DNA of 13,312 bases. It comes from Chlamydiae bacterium RIFCSPHIGHO2_12_FULL_49_11 (GTDB lineage Bacteria > Chlamydiota > Chlamydiia > Chlamydiales > 2-12-FULL-49-11). Shown piece after piece: positions 1 through 8,348 of the stretch (the stretch's first letter is position 1; every line of letters begins with the position of its first letter). Below the pieces are notes generated by a model. That model ran no database searches. It was not told the origin of the DNA and saw only the letters and a list, made by a program, of their open reading frames with translations. The DNA lies in assembly GCA_001794905.1 (NCBI GenBank), contig MGLW01000059.1, forward strand, positions 1 to 13,312, given 5' to 3'. A program made the translations under genes and the position numbers.

Positions 1-453
1 GTAAGAAGACCCGTACAGCCCGACCCGAAATACAATAGCGAGCTTTTATCCCGCTTTATCCAGAAAGTCATGATGGAAGGGAAAAAACACCTGGCCCGTA
101 AAATCGTATACGATGCGCTCACAGATTTGTGCAAGAAATTGAGCAAAGAAAACCCCCTTGAAATTTTCGAGGCCGCACTTGAAAATGCCGCACCGCAAGT
201 GGAAGTGAAATCCCGCCGGATCGGGGGAGCTACCTACCAGGTTCCGATCGAAATTGCACCGGGACGCCGCGAATCAATCGCGATGGGCTGGATCATCAAG
301 CACGCCCGTTCCAAACCCGGCAAAAACATGGTGCAAGGCCTATCGCAAGAACTACAGGATTGCTACAACAATCAGGGTTCGACCGTTAAAAAGAAAGAAG
401 ACACCCACAGAATGGCAGAAGCCAACAAAGCTTTCTCTCATTTCCGCTGGTAA
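1..453 (+). CDS. rpsG: 30S ribosomal protein S7, 5'-truncated by the window edge
   Basis: Frame is open from base 1 (VRRPVQPDPKYNSELLSRFIQKVMMEGKK). It carries the S7 motifs EVKSRRIGGATYQVP and THRMAEANKAFSHFRW, and sits directly upstream of fusA. Confidence 0.98.
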   Translation, partial: VRRPVQPDPKYNSELLSRFIQKVMMEGKKHLARKIVYDALTDLCKKLSKENPLEIFEAALENAAPQVEVKSRRIGGATYQVPIEIAPGRRESIAMGWIIKHARSKPGKNMVQGLSQELQDCYNNQGSTVKKKEDTHRMAEANKAFSHFRW

Positions 454-491
454 GCGTATAGAATCACATTTAGGATATAGTTAATTTACAC

Positions 492-2600
492 ATGGCACGA
501 TCAGAAAAGGATAAATTAAAGAACGTCAGAAATATCGGCATCATGGCTCACATCGATGCCGGAAAGACGACCGTTACCGAAAGGATTCTCTTCTATTGCG
601 GAAAGTCCCATAAAATCGGGGAAGTGCACGAAGGTGCCGCCACGATGGACTGGATGGAGCAGGAAAAAGAGCGCGGCATCACGATCACATCGGCTGCCAC
701 CACAGTGTACTGGAACGACTGTAAAATCAACATTATCGATACTCCGGGTCACGTCGACTTCACCGTGGAAGTGGAACGGTCCTTGCGCGTCCTTGACGGC
801 GCGGTTGCCGTATTCAGCGCGGTGGACGGCGTACAGCCCCAATCTGAAACGGTCTGGCGCCAAGCCGTCCGCTACAAAGTGCCCCGGATTGCTTTCATCA
901 ACAAAATGGACCGGATCGGCGCAGACTACTACATGTGCATCCGCAGCATGAAAGAAAAGCTCGGAGCACACGCCATTGCCATGCAGCTCCCTATCGGAGA
1001 AGAAAATGAATTCTGCGGTATGGTGGATCTCGTTTCGATGCGTGCGATCATCTACGAAACCGAAACGATGGGCGATGCCCCCAAAGTGACCGACATTCCC
1101 GAAAATCTTCTTGAAAAAGCCAAATCGTTCCGCCAAAAGATGCTCGAAGAATTGGCCACCATCGACGAAGAAAACGAAAATTTCATGATCCAAGTTCTTG
1201 AAGATCCTGACAACATTCCGGCAGAAGAAATCCACAAAGTGATCCGTAAAGGGGTGATCGCAAATGAAATCACACCCGTCTTGTGCGGCAGCGCCTTCAA
1301 AAACAAAGGGGTGCAGCCCCTTCTCGATGCCGTAACAAGGTGGCTTCCCTCCCCCATCGACCGGGGCGAACTTGTCGGCTACGATGCAGACAACCACGAT
1401 AAAAAATTGACCCTGCAACCCCGTGATGATGAAAAGTTTTCCGCTCTTGCTTTCAAAATCATGAGTGACCCTTATGTGGGAAGGCTTACGTTCATTCGTG
1501 TATATACCGGTTCCCTCTCCAAAGGAACTGCCGTGATCAATTCTACGAAAGACAAAAAGGAACGCATTTCCCGCATCCTCAAAATGCATGCCAACAACCG
1601 CGAAGATTTGGACGAAGCCTTTGCCGGGGACATCGTTGCCGTTGTCGGATTGAAAAACACTACGACAGGCGATACCCTCTGCTTTGAAGGCTTCCCCCTC
1701 CTCCTCGAGAAAATGCACTTCCCCGAACCGGTCATTTCCATGGCAATCGAACCCAAATCGAAAGCCGACCGAGAAAAACTTGCCGTCGCACTGTCGGCTC
1801 TGGCTGAGGAAGACCCTACCTTTAAAGTCTCTTCCAACGAAGAGACGGGGCAAACCATCATTTCCGGAATGGGCGAGCTCCACCTCGATATTTTACGGGA
1901 CCGGATGATGCGCGAATTCAAAGTCGAAGCGAACGTCGGTACTCCTGAAGTATCCTATCGTGAAACGATCACACGACCCGGCAAGTGTGAAAACAAATAC
2001 ATCAAGCAATCGGGCGGCCGTGGCCAGTATGCCCACGTCATTCTCGAGATCGAACCTAACGAGCCGGGCAAGGGAAATGAAGTCGTCAACAAAATCGTCG
2101 GTGGCGTTATCCCCAAAGAGTTCATTCCGGCCTGTATCAAAGGGATCGAAGAAGGACTGAACACAGGCGTTGTTGCCGGCTATCCGATCGTCGACGTCAA
2201 AGTGGCAATTGTCTTCGGTTCTTACCACGACGTCGACTCGAGCGAGATGGCCTTCAAAATTTGCGCTTCGATGGGAGTGCGGGAAGCCGCACGCCAGGCG
2301 GGAGCATTTTTGCTCGAACCACTCATGAAAGTCTGTGTCACTACGCCGGAACCCTTTGTCGGTGACGTGATCGGCGACTTGAACAAGCGGCGCGGCCAGA
2401 TCATGGCACAAAACTCGATCCCAGGAAACGTCATCCAGGTAGATGCCGAAGTGCCGCTCTCATCCATGTTCGGATACACAACCGACCTGCGCTCGGCAAC
2501 GCAAGGGCGCGCTACCCACACCATGGAATTTTCCAAAAATGCCAAGCTGCCTGACAGCGTGGCCAAAAACCTTAAAGAAAAAGTATCTGCCAGAGGATAA
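492..2600 (+). CDS. fusA: Elongation factor G
   Basis: 702 aa with AHIDAGKTT (G1), [14 protein letters not shown] (G3), NKMD (G4), [22 protein letters not shown] and [11 protein letters not shown]. Confidence 0.99.
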   Translation: MARSEKDKLKNVRNIGIMAHIDAGKTTVTERILFYCGKSHKIGEVHEGAATMDWMEQEKERGITITSAATTVYWNDCKINIIDTPGHVDFTVEVERSLRVLDGAVAVFSAVDGVQPQSETVWRQAVRYKVPRIAFINKMDRIGADYYMCIRSMKEKLGAHAIAMQLPIGEENEFCGMVDLVSMRAIIYETETMGDAPKVTDIPENLLEKAKSFRQKMLEELATIDEENENFMIQVLEDPDNIPAEEIHKVIRKGVIANEITPVLCGSAFKNKGVQPLLDAVTRWLPSPIDRGELVGYDADNHDKKLTLQPRDDEKFSALAFKIMSDPYVGRLTFIRVYTGSLSKGTAVINSTKDKKERISRILKMHANNREDLDEAFAGDIVAVVGLKNTTTGDTLCFEGFPLLLEKMHFPEPVISMAIEPKSKADREKLAVALSALAEEDPTFKVSSNEETGQTIISGMGELHLDILRDRMMREFKVEANVGTPEVSYRETITRPGKCENKYIKQSGGRGQYAHVILEIEPNEPGKGNEVVNKIVGGVIPKEFIPACIKGIEEGLNTGVVAGYPIVDVKVAIVFGSYHDVDSSEMAFKICASMGVREAARQAGAFLLEPLMKVCVTTPEPFVGDVIGDLNKRRGQIMAQNSIPGNVIQVDAEVPLSSMFGYTTDLRSATQGRATHTMEFSKNAKLPDSVAKNLKEKVSARG

Positions 2601-2606
2601 TGCATC

Positions 2607-2930
2607 ATGAGCGAACCCAAGAAAAGCAAACAAAAAATCCGTATCAGGCTGATGGCATACGACCATCGCCTTATTGACCAAGTAACCAGAGACATCGTTG
2701 ACACGGCTCGCCGCACCGGCGCCATCGTGATCGGGCCCATCCCCCTTCCCACCAAAATCGAAAAGCAGACGGTGATCCGTTCACCCCACGTTGACAAAAC
2801 CTCTCGCGAACAATTTGAAATCCGCACCCACAAACGTATGATCGAACTGCGCGATCCGACAGCACAAACGGTCGAAGAACTCAAGAAAGGCAACGTGCCC
2901 GCAGGCGTCCACATCACTCTCCAAGCTTAG
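2607..2930 (+). CDS. rpsJ: 30S ribosomal protein S10
   Basis: [22 protein letters not shown] and [20 protein letters not shown] are S10 signatures. Confidence 0.98.
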   Translation: MSEPKKSKQKIRIRLMAYDHRLIDQVTRDIVDTARRTGAIVIGPIPLPTKIEKQTVIRSPHVDKTSREQFEIRTHKRMIELRDPTAQTVEELKKGNVPAGVHITLQA

Positions 2931-2946
2931 GTCGTTTCAAAATCTA

Positions 2947-4200
2947 TCATACGGCAGGGGAAGAAGAGGGCAGACTCGTCGGTTGTGAAATCCGGGTGAG
3001 AAGAGCTGCGAAAAAGGCAGTAGCGATCTTGTAGGGATTGATCGACATGAGTTTTGTATCGGGCGATGCGACACGTGAGAAGAACAGATCGTGCAGCGGC
3101 CGGATTTCCCCCGTCTCTCTTGTATACACCCTTTGCATTGCCTGCAACGCGTCATTACGGTCCCGCATCACACATACCCGCTCCTCGCCGGACAAAATCG
3201 TATCGACGATGTAACTTTTACGCGTATTGTCCAAAAGTCCATGCTCTCTCACCCATGCCAAAATCTTGACATCGTTCACATCCACCCCGGCAACACCTTC
3301 TCGGGACTCTTCCGGCACAAAAGAAGGAACCAGTTCTCGTAAATAATGGGACAGCCGCGCCCGTGCATCGGCATTCAATTTGGCAAACCCTTCGGGTCGA
3401 AGCAGCGTATCCCAAAGGCGTGTATCCTGAACATTAAGTTCGGCGCCCCGTATGGTTTCGTAGGCAATCTCTTCCCTCTCGTTCAAAGTGAGCTTGCTGA
3501 TAACCCTGGCCGCTTGTATGACACGGTAGGTGTAAGTACTACAAAGACCATGGATCGGATTGTTGTCTTTATCCCGGAAAGCACGGCCTCGCAGGACATC
3601 AACTGCCCCCATAAGGGCATGCAGGGCATCTTTTTCCTGAAGTTGATCTTTAATCTGAGGAGAAAAAATCGATTGGCACAGGGTTTTAAGGGAAAAACGG
3701 AGTCTCTTAAACCCTGCGTTTCCGGGGCGCCTTTCATCCACAGCCGTTGCCCTTGCCGTTAAACCAACCGCCTCGCGAAAGGCCCGGTCGACCGGACGGA
3801 AAATGACAACTTCGGACGCGTCTTTCGTTGGAGGCCTCAAGCTGTTCTCCTGATTGATCACGACTCCCCGCGCGAGAGCATGTGCTTCAAGCTGCTTGTA
3901 GCCAAAGCGGGCCTCTTTTCCGGGAACGGTAAAGGAATATCGTGATCCTGCCCTGAGTAAAATGGCCGAATGACAAAGCTCTTCATCGATCTCGCACCGT
4001 TTGAAACCCAAATGAAAAAACACTTTTTGAATGTAAAACCCGATTTTTTGGCAGATATAAAAGAGGATGTGTTTGCCTACGCAGTTAGGATCTTTTGTGA
4101 TGAGTAGGCAGTTATCAAATTCTCCCCCCCGGAGTCCCCGGTAAAAATCATCTTCATTTTCCCGTGTGAAAATAAATTTTTCAAAACTGACCCGTTCCAC
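2947..4200 (-). CDS. Hypothetical ~417-aa protein with a probable permuted papain-like (NlpC/P60, YiiX/YebB/LRAT-type) catalytic domain; candidate effector
   Basis: Start re-assigned from the ORF-track TTG (4509) to an in-frame GTG at 4200 preceded by SD-like GAGGT, which removes the overlap with the upstream lipoprotein gene. Motifs read by eye: CHSAILL (H77), LEAHALARGVV (E105), VVIFRP and GLCSTYTYRVIQAA (C220). The CDS is well supported; the family call is moderate. Confidence 0.6.
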   Translation of the reverse strand: MERVSFEKFIFTRENEDDFYRGLRGGEFDNCLLITKDPNCVGKHILFYICQKIGFYIQKVFFHLGFKRCEIDEELCHSAILLRAGSRYSFTVPGKEARFGYKQLEAHALARGVVINQENSLRPPTKDASEVVIFRPVDRAFREAVGLTARATAVDERRPGNAGFKRLRFSLKTLCQSIFSPQIKDQLQEKDALHALMGAVDVLRGRAFRDKDNNPIHGLCSTYTYRVIQAARVISKLTLNEREEIAYETIRGAELNVQDTRLWDTLLRPEGFAKLNADARARLSHYLRELVPSFVPEESREGVAGVDVNDVKILAWVREHGLLDNTRKSYIVDTILSGEERVCVMRDRNDALQAMQRVYTRETGEIRPLHDLFFSRVASPDTKLMSINPYKIATAFFAALLTRISQPTSLPSSSPAV

Positions 4201-4258
4201 ACCAACCTCAAAATGCGCCAGAACGATTTTATAAAAAACACGGAAAAATTGAAAGAAA

Positions 4259-4600
4259 TTAATATTGTATGGAGTTATTGGGATCGACGTAACCGGGCTG
4301 GTTGTAGATACGGATTTGCTTACCGATGACCTTGTTCTCCTTGACAATGAAGTAGTAACGTCTCGATTCGACCGTCCTATATCCTGGCCCCATCTGGAAC
4401 CGTTCAATATATTCGTATATAGATACGCCGTCGTCCCTCTGGTAGATATTGTAAGGCTGTCCAAACGCTTTTGTGAGGGCATCGGCGGAGATCCCGGGTT
4501 GCACCTCAATATAAGTATCGAGGGTCATGACCTGTGACCTGCGTGCCGGATTCACACATGCCGTGAGAAGAAAAATACAGGCAAGGAAAACGGTTCGCAT
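4259..4600 (-). CDS. Small lipoprotein, BamE/SmpA-OmlA-like domain
   Basis: From ATG 4600, MRTVFLACIFLLTA-C is a type II signal peptide with lipobox LTAC. The mature part has 'VQPGISADALTKAFGQP...YEY...YYFIVKENKV', the G-x-S/T...G-x-P pattern plus beta strands of SmpA/OmlA/BLIP-like folds. Alternative ATG at 4621. Confidence 0.65.
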   Translation of the reverse strand: MRTVFLACIFLLTACVNPARRSQVMTLDTYIEVQPGISADALTKAFGQPYNIYQRDDGVSIYEYIERFQMGPGYRTVESRRYYFIVKENKVIGKQIRIYNQPGYVDPNNSIQY

Positions 4601-4639
4601 ACAATACACTTCATACGCCATCTCCCATTGGACTGCAAG

Positions 4640-7120
4640 TTATTTGCCAGCCCATTCTACCGCACGGAGTTCGAGCTGAAGCTCTTTGTAAATATCTTTC
4701 ACAATAGGCCTGAGTATATCGGTCATGTCCGTAAACTCTTTGACAAGCCGTGAACGATCGGGAAGAATATGTCCCCGCCTTACCCAGATCGCGGGAACAA
4801 GGGCGTGCTTCAAGGCTTCGCTGACATAGGCACTCTCATCGACCCCATTCAAAAGCATCAAGTGCACCATGTCAGAAATAGCTGCCTGCTGCACACCTCG
4901 ATCTATAAAATCTTTGCAGTGCGTTACAAGATTGACCGTTTTTGCTCCCGACTGCAGTATCGCATCCTGAATTATATCGCGCTGTACCGCATAAAAGAGG
5001 TTTTGGATCACGCCCCAGAGTCGTTTCCGATGCTTCCTGTCTTCTTGAGCGGCATCCCATTCGCTCTTAAATTTTTCATAGAGGAGCTGTTGTAATTGTC
5101 TCAATTTGCTTTCTATCGAATCCGACCGGCTCAAAGGCATCCTGTAGTGTGTAGAAGATGCATTCATGTACTCACCCACGAGATGTTTCAGAAGATCGCT
5201 CAGACCTTTTTTCTCCCATTTTCCCTGGAGTTTATAGAGAGCCGTGCCGAGGGGTTGAAGTAATACATGCAAACGCTGATCCCGGGCTTCATGTCCATAT
5301 CGAAGACAAGTTTGGACTTTTGCTTCTTCGTGGCCGCTATTTTGCATATGCACCACTTGCAGCGTCGCGATATCGTGCCGATCTGCATGAATGACTGCCA
5401 TCCGGTAGAGAGGATTGAGAGCGCCCCCTTCTACGGTCGGTGTCGGATGACGCACGTAACGTACTTTTCCCGCACTCCAGGTTTGCTCCTGGCGCACTGT
5501 AGGAGAGTTCCCTTCTCTTAAGGCATCGCGCCGGTCAAACTCCCCCCGCCTTTTTTGATGAAGAAGAGCGAGCGTTGCTTTATGATAGCTATCGGGCAAA
5601 CACTGCACTTTTTTTGCACCACGGACAAGCCTACTGCCCATATTCCCCGCAGAAAGAGCCGCTTCCTCCCCCGGAAGGTACATCCGGAACGTTTCGTTCA
5701 CATACGAGGTCAGATTGGAATTGTAATAGAGTTGATAGGAAAAGAGACAAATAGCTTTTCGAAGCTCTTGCATCGATTTCGGAATCGTTTGTTCCTCCCG
5801 TGTCATCCTGAATTGGACATCTAGCACCCGTTGTATGTGTATTTGTAAACGGAGCTCAGAATTGGCATTGATGTATTGCTGGAGAGCTTCAGGGGCATCT
5901 TCTCTTTCGGGATTATTAAAAAATTGACGCGTCGTATCCGAAAAATAAAGGGGGTGGTATTCACGAAAAAATTCCGCAATCTTAAACATCCGGTCGTAGA
6001 CGCTGCGCCAAATTTTGCGATAGTCGACCCTCGAATCGAAACCCTCAGAATTTGCCTTCCCTAACTCTTTCATCGCATGATTGTATGACATGATAAGAGA
6101 AAATTGTCTTTCTAAGTCATCCTTTTGGGAATCGGGCGAAAGCTCTTTCGGAAGGGGGAGAGTTTTGAACTGCCTGAGAACGTGATAATATTTGCGCTGT
6201 CGATGGGCATTGTGGACGAGCGATTCTGTCCGAATACGGTCAAAGGCAAGTGGGCCTATGCACATATTTATGGCATCCAGCCCCTTTTTGAAAATGCGAA
6301 CTACAATATTTTCATAATGCCCGACTTTTTTCTCAAATTCAAGAATAGCCTCCTGAAGTTGAATTATCGGGTTCGGACTAGCCTTAGGAACACTTTTCAA
6401 AATCAACTGCAAATACAACGCCTCCTTTAAATCCAGAAGAAACTTATCAGTTGCCGTAAGATTCAACGGCTCGAAACCGGCTTCCGACAAACATTGTGTC
6501 AGTACTGATACCATAGCTTTCGACCCGGCTGATCTCGTAGGTCCCTGCATATTTGCCCGTACAATCGAAAACTTTCCTTCGTCGGAAAGTTCCTCAAAAA
6601 GATACCGGATCGCCCCTATAGCGTCTTCTTTACCTGCGATAAGCGGATCGGCATAGAGGGCATCTCGCATTGTTTCAAATTTGCTTTGAATTTTCTCCCG
6701 ACCCTCATCCGGTGGCGAGGAAGGCTCGTACAATTTCATCCTTTGTGCCACTTTGTGCATCTTTTGATAAAAAGAGTACCATGTTTTCCGATAATCGATG
6801 CGGCAATCAAAATCCGTAGAAGTTCTAAATATCGCATGCATCTCATCGACAGCTTTATTATAAGGGTTTAAAATTGGATGTGCGATCGAAGATCCATCAA
6901 TAAAACCTCGGGAATCGAATATTTTTTTCAGCGTAAACATCGGCATAAGCATTCGGTAATATCTATGCTGGACCCGAGCAGTGCCGGCCCACGTTTCCAT
7001 ACGAATTCGCTCGAAGGCAAGGGGGCCGATGGAGGTGTTGATCGCATCCAGTCCCCGCTTAAACATACGGAAAAAGATATTATCCTGAGAAGGTGCAATA
7101 GGTCTTGGGTTTTCTGTCAT
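4640..7120 (-). CDS. Large hypothetical protein (~826 aa) with a duplicated N-terminal module and a C-terminal CX5R phosphatase-like domain; candidate effector
   Basis: 2.5-kb ORF. ATG 7120, preceded by GGTGG, is preferred over TTG 7132. VNLVTHCKDFIDRG lies near the C-terminus (Cys codon 4916-4918) and an internal repeat is visible in the translation. No signal peptide or clear TM helix. Confidence 0.7.
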   Translation of the reverse strand: MTENPRPIAPSQDNIFFRMFKRGLDAINTSIGPLAFERIRMETWAGTARVQHRYYRMLMPMFTLKKIFDSRGFIDGSSIAHPILNPYNKAVDEMHAIFRTSTDFDCRIDYRKTWYSFYQKMHKVAQRMKLYEPSSPPDEGREKIQSKFETMRDALYADPLIAGKEDAIGAIRYLFEELSDEGKFSIVRANMQGPTRSAGSKAMVSVLTQCLSEAGFEPLNLTATDKFLLDLKEALYLQLILKSVPKASPNPIIQLQEAILEFEKKVGHYENIVVRIFKKGLDAINMCIGPLAFDRIRTESLVHNAHRQRKYYHVLRQFKTLPLPKELSPDSQKDDLERQFSLIMSYNHAMKELGKANSEGFDSRVDYRKIWRSVYDRMFKIAEFFREYHPLYFSDTTRQFFNNPEREDAPEALQQYINANSELRLQIHIQRVLDVQFRMTREEQTIPKSMQELRKAICLFSYQLYYNSNLTSYVNETFRMYLPGEEAALSAGNMGSRLVRGAKKVQCLPDSYHKATLALLHQKRRGEFDRRDALREGNSPTVRQEQTWSAGKVRYVRHPTPTVEGGALNPLYRMAVIHADRHDIATLQVVHMQNSGHEEAKVQTCLRYGHEARDQRLHVLLQPLGTALYKLQGKWEKKGLSDLLKHLVGEYMNASSTHYRMPLSRSDSIESKLRQLQQLLYEKFKSEWDAAQEDRKHRKRLWGVIQNLFYAVQRDIIQDAILQSGAKTVNLVTHCKDFIDRGVQQAAISDMVHLMLLNGVDESAYVSEALKHALVPAIWVRRGHILPDRSRLVKEFTDMTDILRPIVKDIYKELQLELRAVEWAGK
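5951..7084 (-). repeat. Diverged intragenic duplication: two 363-nt (121-aa) copies at 6722-7084 and 5951-6313
   Basis: DNIFFRMFKRGLDAINTSIGPLAFERIRME vs ENIVVRIFKKGLDAINMCIGPLAFDRIRTE, and FDCRIDYRKTWYSFYQKMHKVA vs FDSRVDYRKIWRSVYDRMFKIA. Confidence 0.93.
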
Positions 7121-7137
7121 AATTACCACCAATAACC

Positions 7138-7166
7138 TAATAATTATAACATATTTATAATTATTA
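7138..7166 (-). promoter_or_regulatory. Putative extended -10 promoter (TGtTATAAT, 7151-7143) overlapping a perfect 12-bp inverted repeat
   Basis: Plus strand reads TAATAATTATAA-catat-TTATAATTATTA. On the minus strand TG-T-TATAAT ends 22 nt before ATG 7120. The -35 candidate (TCGAAT at 17-bp spacing) is weak. Confidence 0.5.
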
Positions 7167-7186
7167 TTCGATGGGTAGAAATTATT

Positions 7187-8320
7187 TTAGAATGTAAATC
7201 GTCTAGCGTAAATACTTTGTAGAATTCCAAGGGCGATATATGTGGAAAGCAGCGAAGATCCCCCGTAACTCATGAGGATAAGGGGAACTCCCGTGATGGG
7301 CAAAAGGCCCGCCATCATCCCGACGTTGATCACCACATGCATCGTGATATAAACCGATATGCCCGCTGCAAGCAGCTTTCCGTAGGGGTCCCGCCCCTTT
7401 TTCACCGCCTCGAAGGCAAAAAAAATGAGCAACCCATAGAGGCTGAGAAGGAAAAGGCACCCGATAAGCCCGAACTGTTCGGCAAAGGCGGGAAAAATGG
7501 AGTCGGTAAAAGCGTAGGGAAGAAAACGGTTTCCGGTGAATTCGCTTTGCAAAAATCCGCTTCCGGTCACTTTGCCGAGAGAAATGGCCGTCTGGGCCGC
7601 AGTCTGATGGTATGTAGCGGGATTGAGCCTTTCGTACTGGTATTCTTTGACAAATCCTGTTACGTAAGGCTTTAATTCCTCATGAGATAAGAAACCCAAA
7701 AAAATAGACAGGACAAAGGCAACCATGAGGGCGGCCGCGAGGGTGATCGGGCGTAGAATGCGGGGAGATATTCCACCGAAGTAGAAAAGGACAAAGGAGA
7801 TAGGAACTAAAATCAGGGCCGTTCCCAGGTCAGGTTCTTTGAGGATCAGGACAAAGGGGATTAATACAATCAGGGACGCCATGAAAAAGGTGGAAAACCG
7901 GTGGACTATTTCCCCCCTCTTTTCGAGAAACCAGCTGAGCGCCATCACCACAATCAATTTGGCATATTCGGAAGGTTGCAAGTCGAACGGCAGGAAAGGA
8001 AACCGGTACCAGCGGCGTACATTGTGGATCGGAGGGGTAAAATAGAGCCCGATCAGCATGAGAAGGATCAAAAGGTAAAAAATCAAGGTCCACTCGCGCA
8101 GCTTGCGATAATCGAGGGCAACACAGACAAAATAGACGAAGATTCCGATACAGACGGCACGGAGCTGACTTTTGACAAAAGGAGATATGGTGATCGCTTC
8201 GGGGCTAGAGTCGGGAGGAAGCGTGGTAGAGAGAATGGTGAGTAACCCAAGCAAAGAGAGGATGATCATGACGCCGAACATTTTCCAGTGGGAACGCTTG
8301 ATGAAACTCGGTTCAAACAT
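7187..8320 (-). CDS. rodA: Rod shape-determining protein RodA (SEDS peptidoglycan glycosyltransferase)
   Basis: 377-aa polytopic membrane protein with the SEDS motifs RRW, QPSEYAK, EPDLGT, TDSIF...AEQFG and PITGVPLILMSYGGSS. It is not in a dcw cluster and is divergent from birA, which favours RodA over FtsW. Confidence 0.9.
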   Translation of the reverse strand: MFEPSFIKRSHWKMFGVMIILSLLGLLTILSTTLPPDSSPEAITISPFVKSQLRAVCIGIFVYFVCVALDYRKLREWTLIFYLLILLMLIGLYFTPPIHNVRRWYRFPFLPFDLQPSEYAKLIVVMALSWFLEKRGEIVHRFSTFFMASLIVLIPFVLILKEPDLGTALILVPISFVLFYFGGISPRILRPITLAAALMVAFVLSIFLGFLSHEELKPYVTGFVKEYQYERLNPATYHQTAAQTAISLGKVTGSGFLQSEFTGNRFLPYAFTDSIFPAFAEQFGLIGCLFLLSLYGLLIFFAFEAVKKGRDPYGKLLAAGISVYITMHVVINVGMMAGLLPITGVPLILMSYGGSSLLSTYIALGILQSIYARRFTF

Positions 8321-8348
8321 TGTACAAAAACCTTCTCTTTCGACTACA

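Noticed and set aside
516-2917. Long minus-strand ORFs (455, 172 and 231 aa) opposite fusA/rpsJ
   Set aside because: Antisense shadows of strongly codon-biased genes, with no recognisable motifs.
4201-4509. 103-codon N-terminal extension of the 520-aa ORF, with a Ser/Thr-rich stretch resembling a T3SS signal, or a +1 frameshift fusing the lipoprotein to the papain-like domain
   Set aside because: It is mostly the +1 shadow frame of the lipoprotein gene. The segment 4201-4258 is T-rich on the minus strand and looks intergenic, a GTG with an SD exists at 4200, and I see no convincing shift site. Ribosome profiling would be needed to exclude it fully.
7155-7169. TTATAATTATTATTC resembles a Firmicute PerR box
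   Set aside because: Low-complexity A/T sequence matches easily, and there is no evidence here for a Fur/PerR regulator. It is kept only as an unassigned palindrome.
8172-8348. N-terminal extension of BirA in the ORF track, possibly a DNA-binding domain
   Set aside because: It lies mostly antisense within the rodA coding sequence and has no HTH features.
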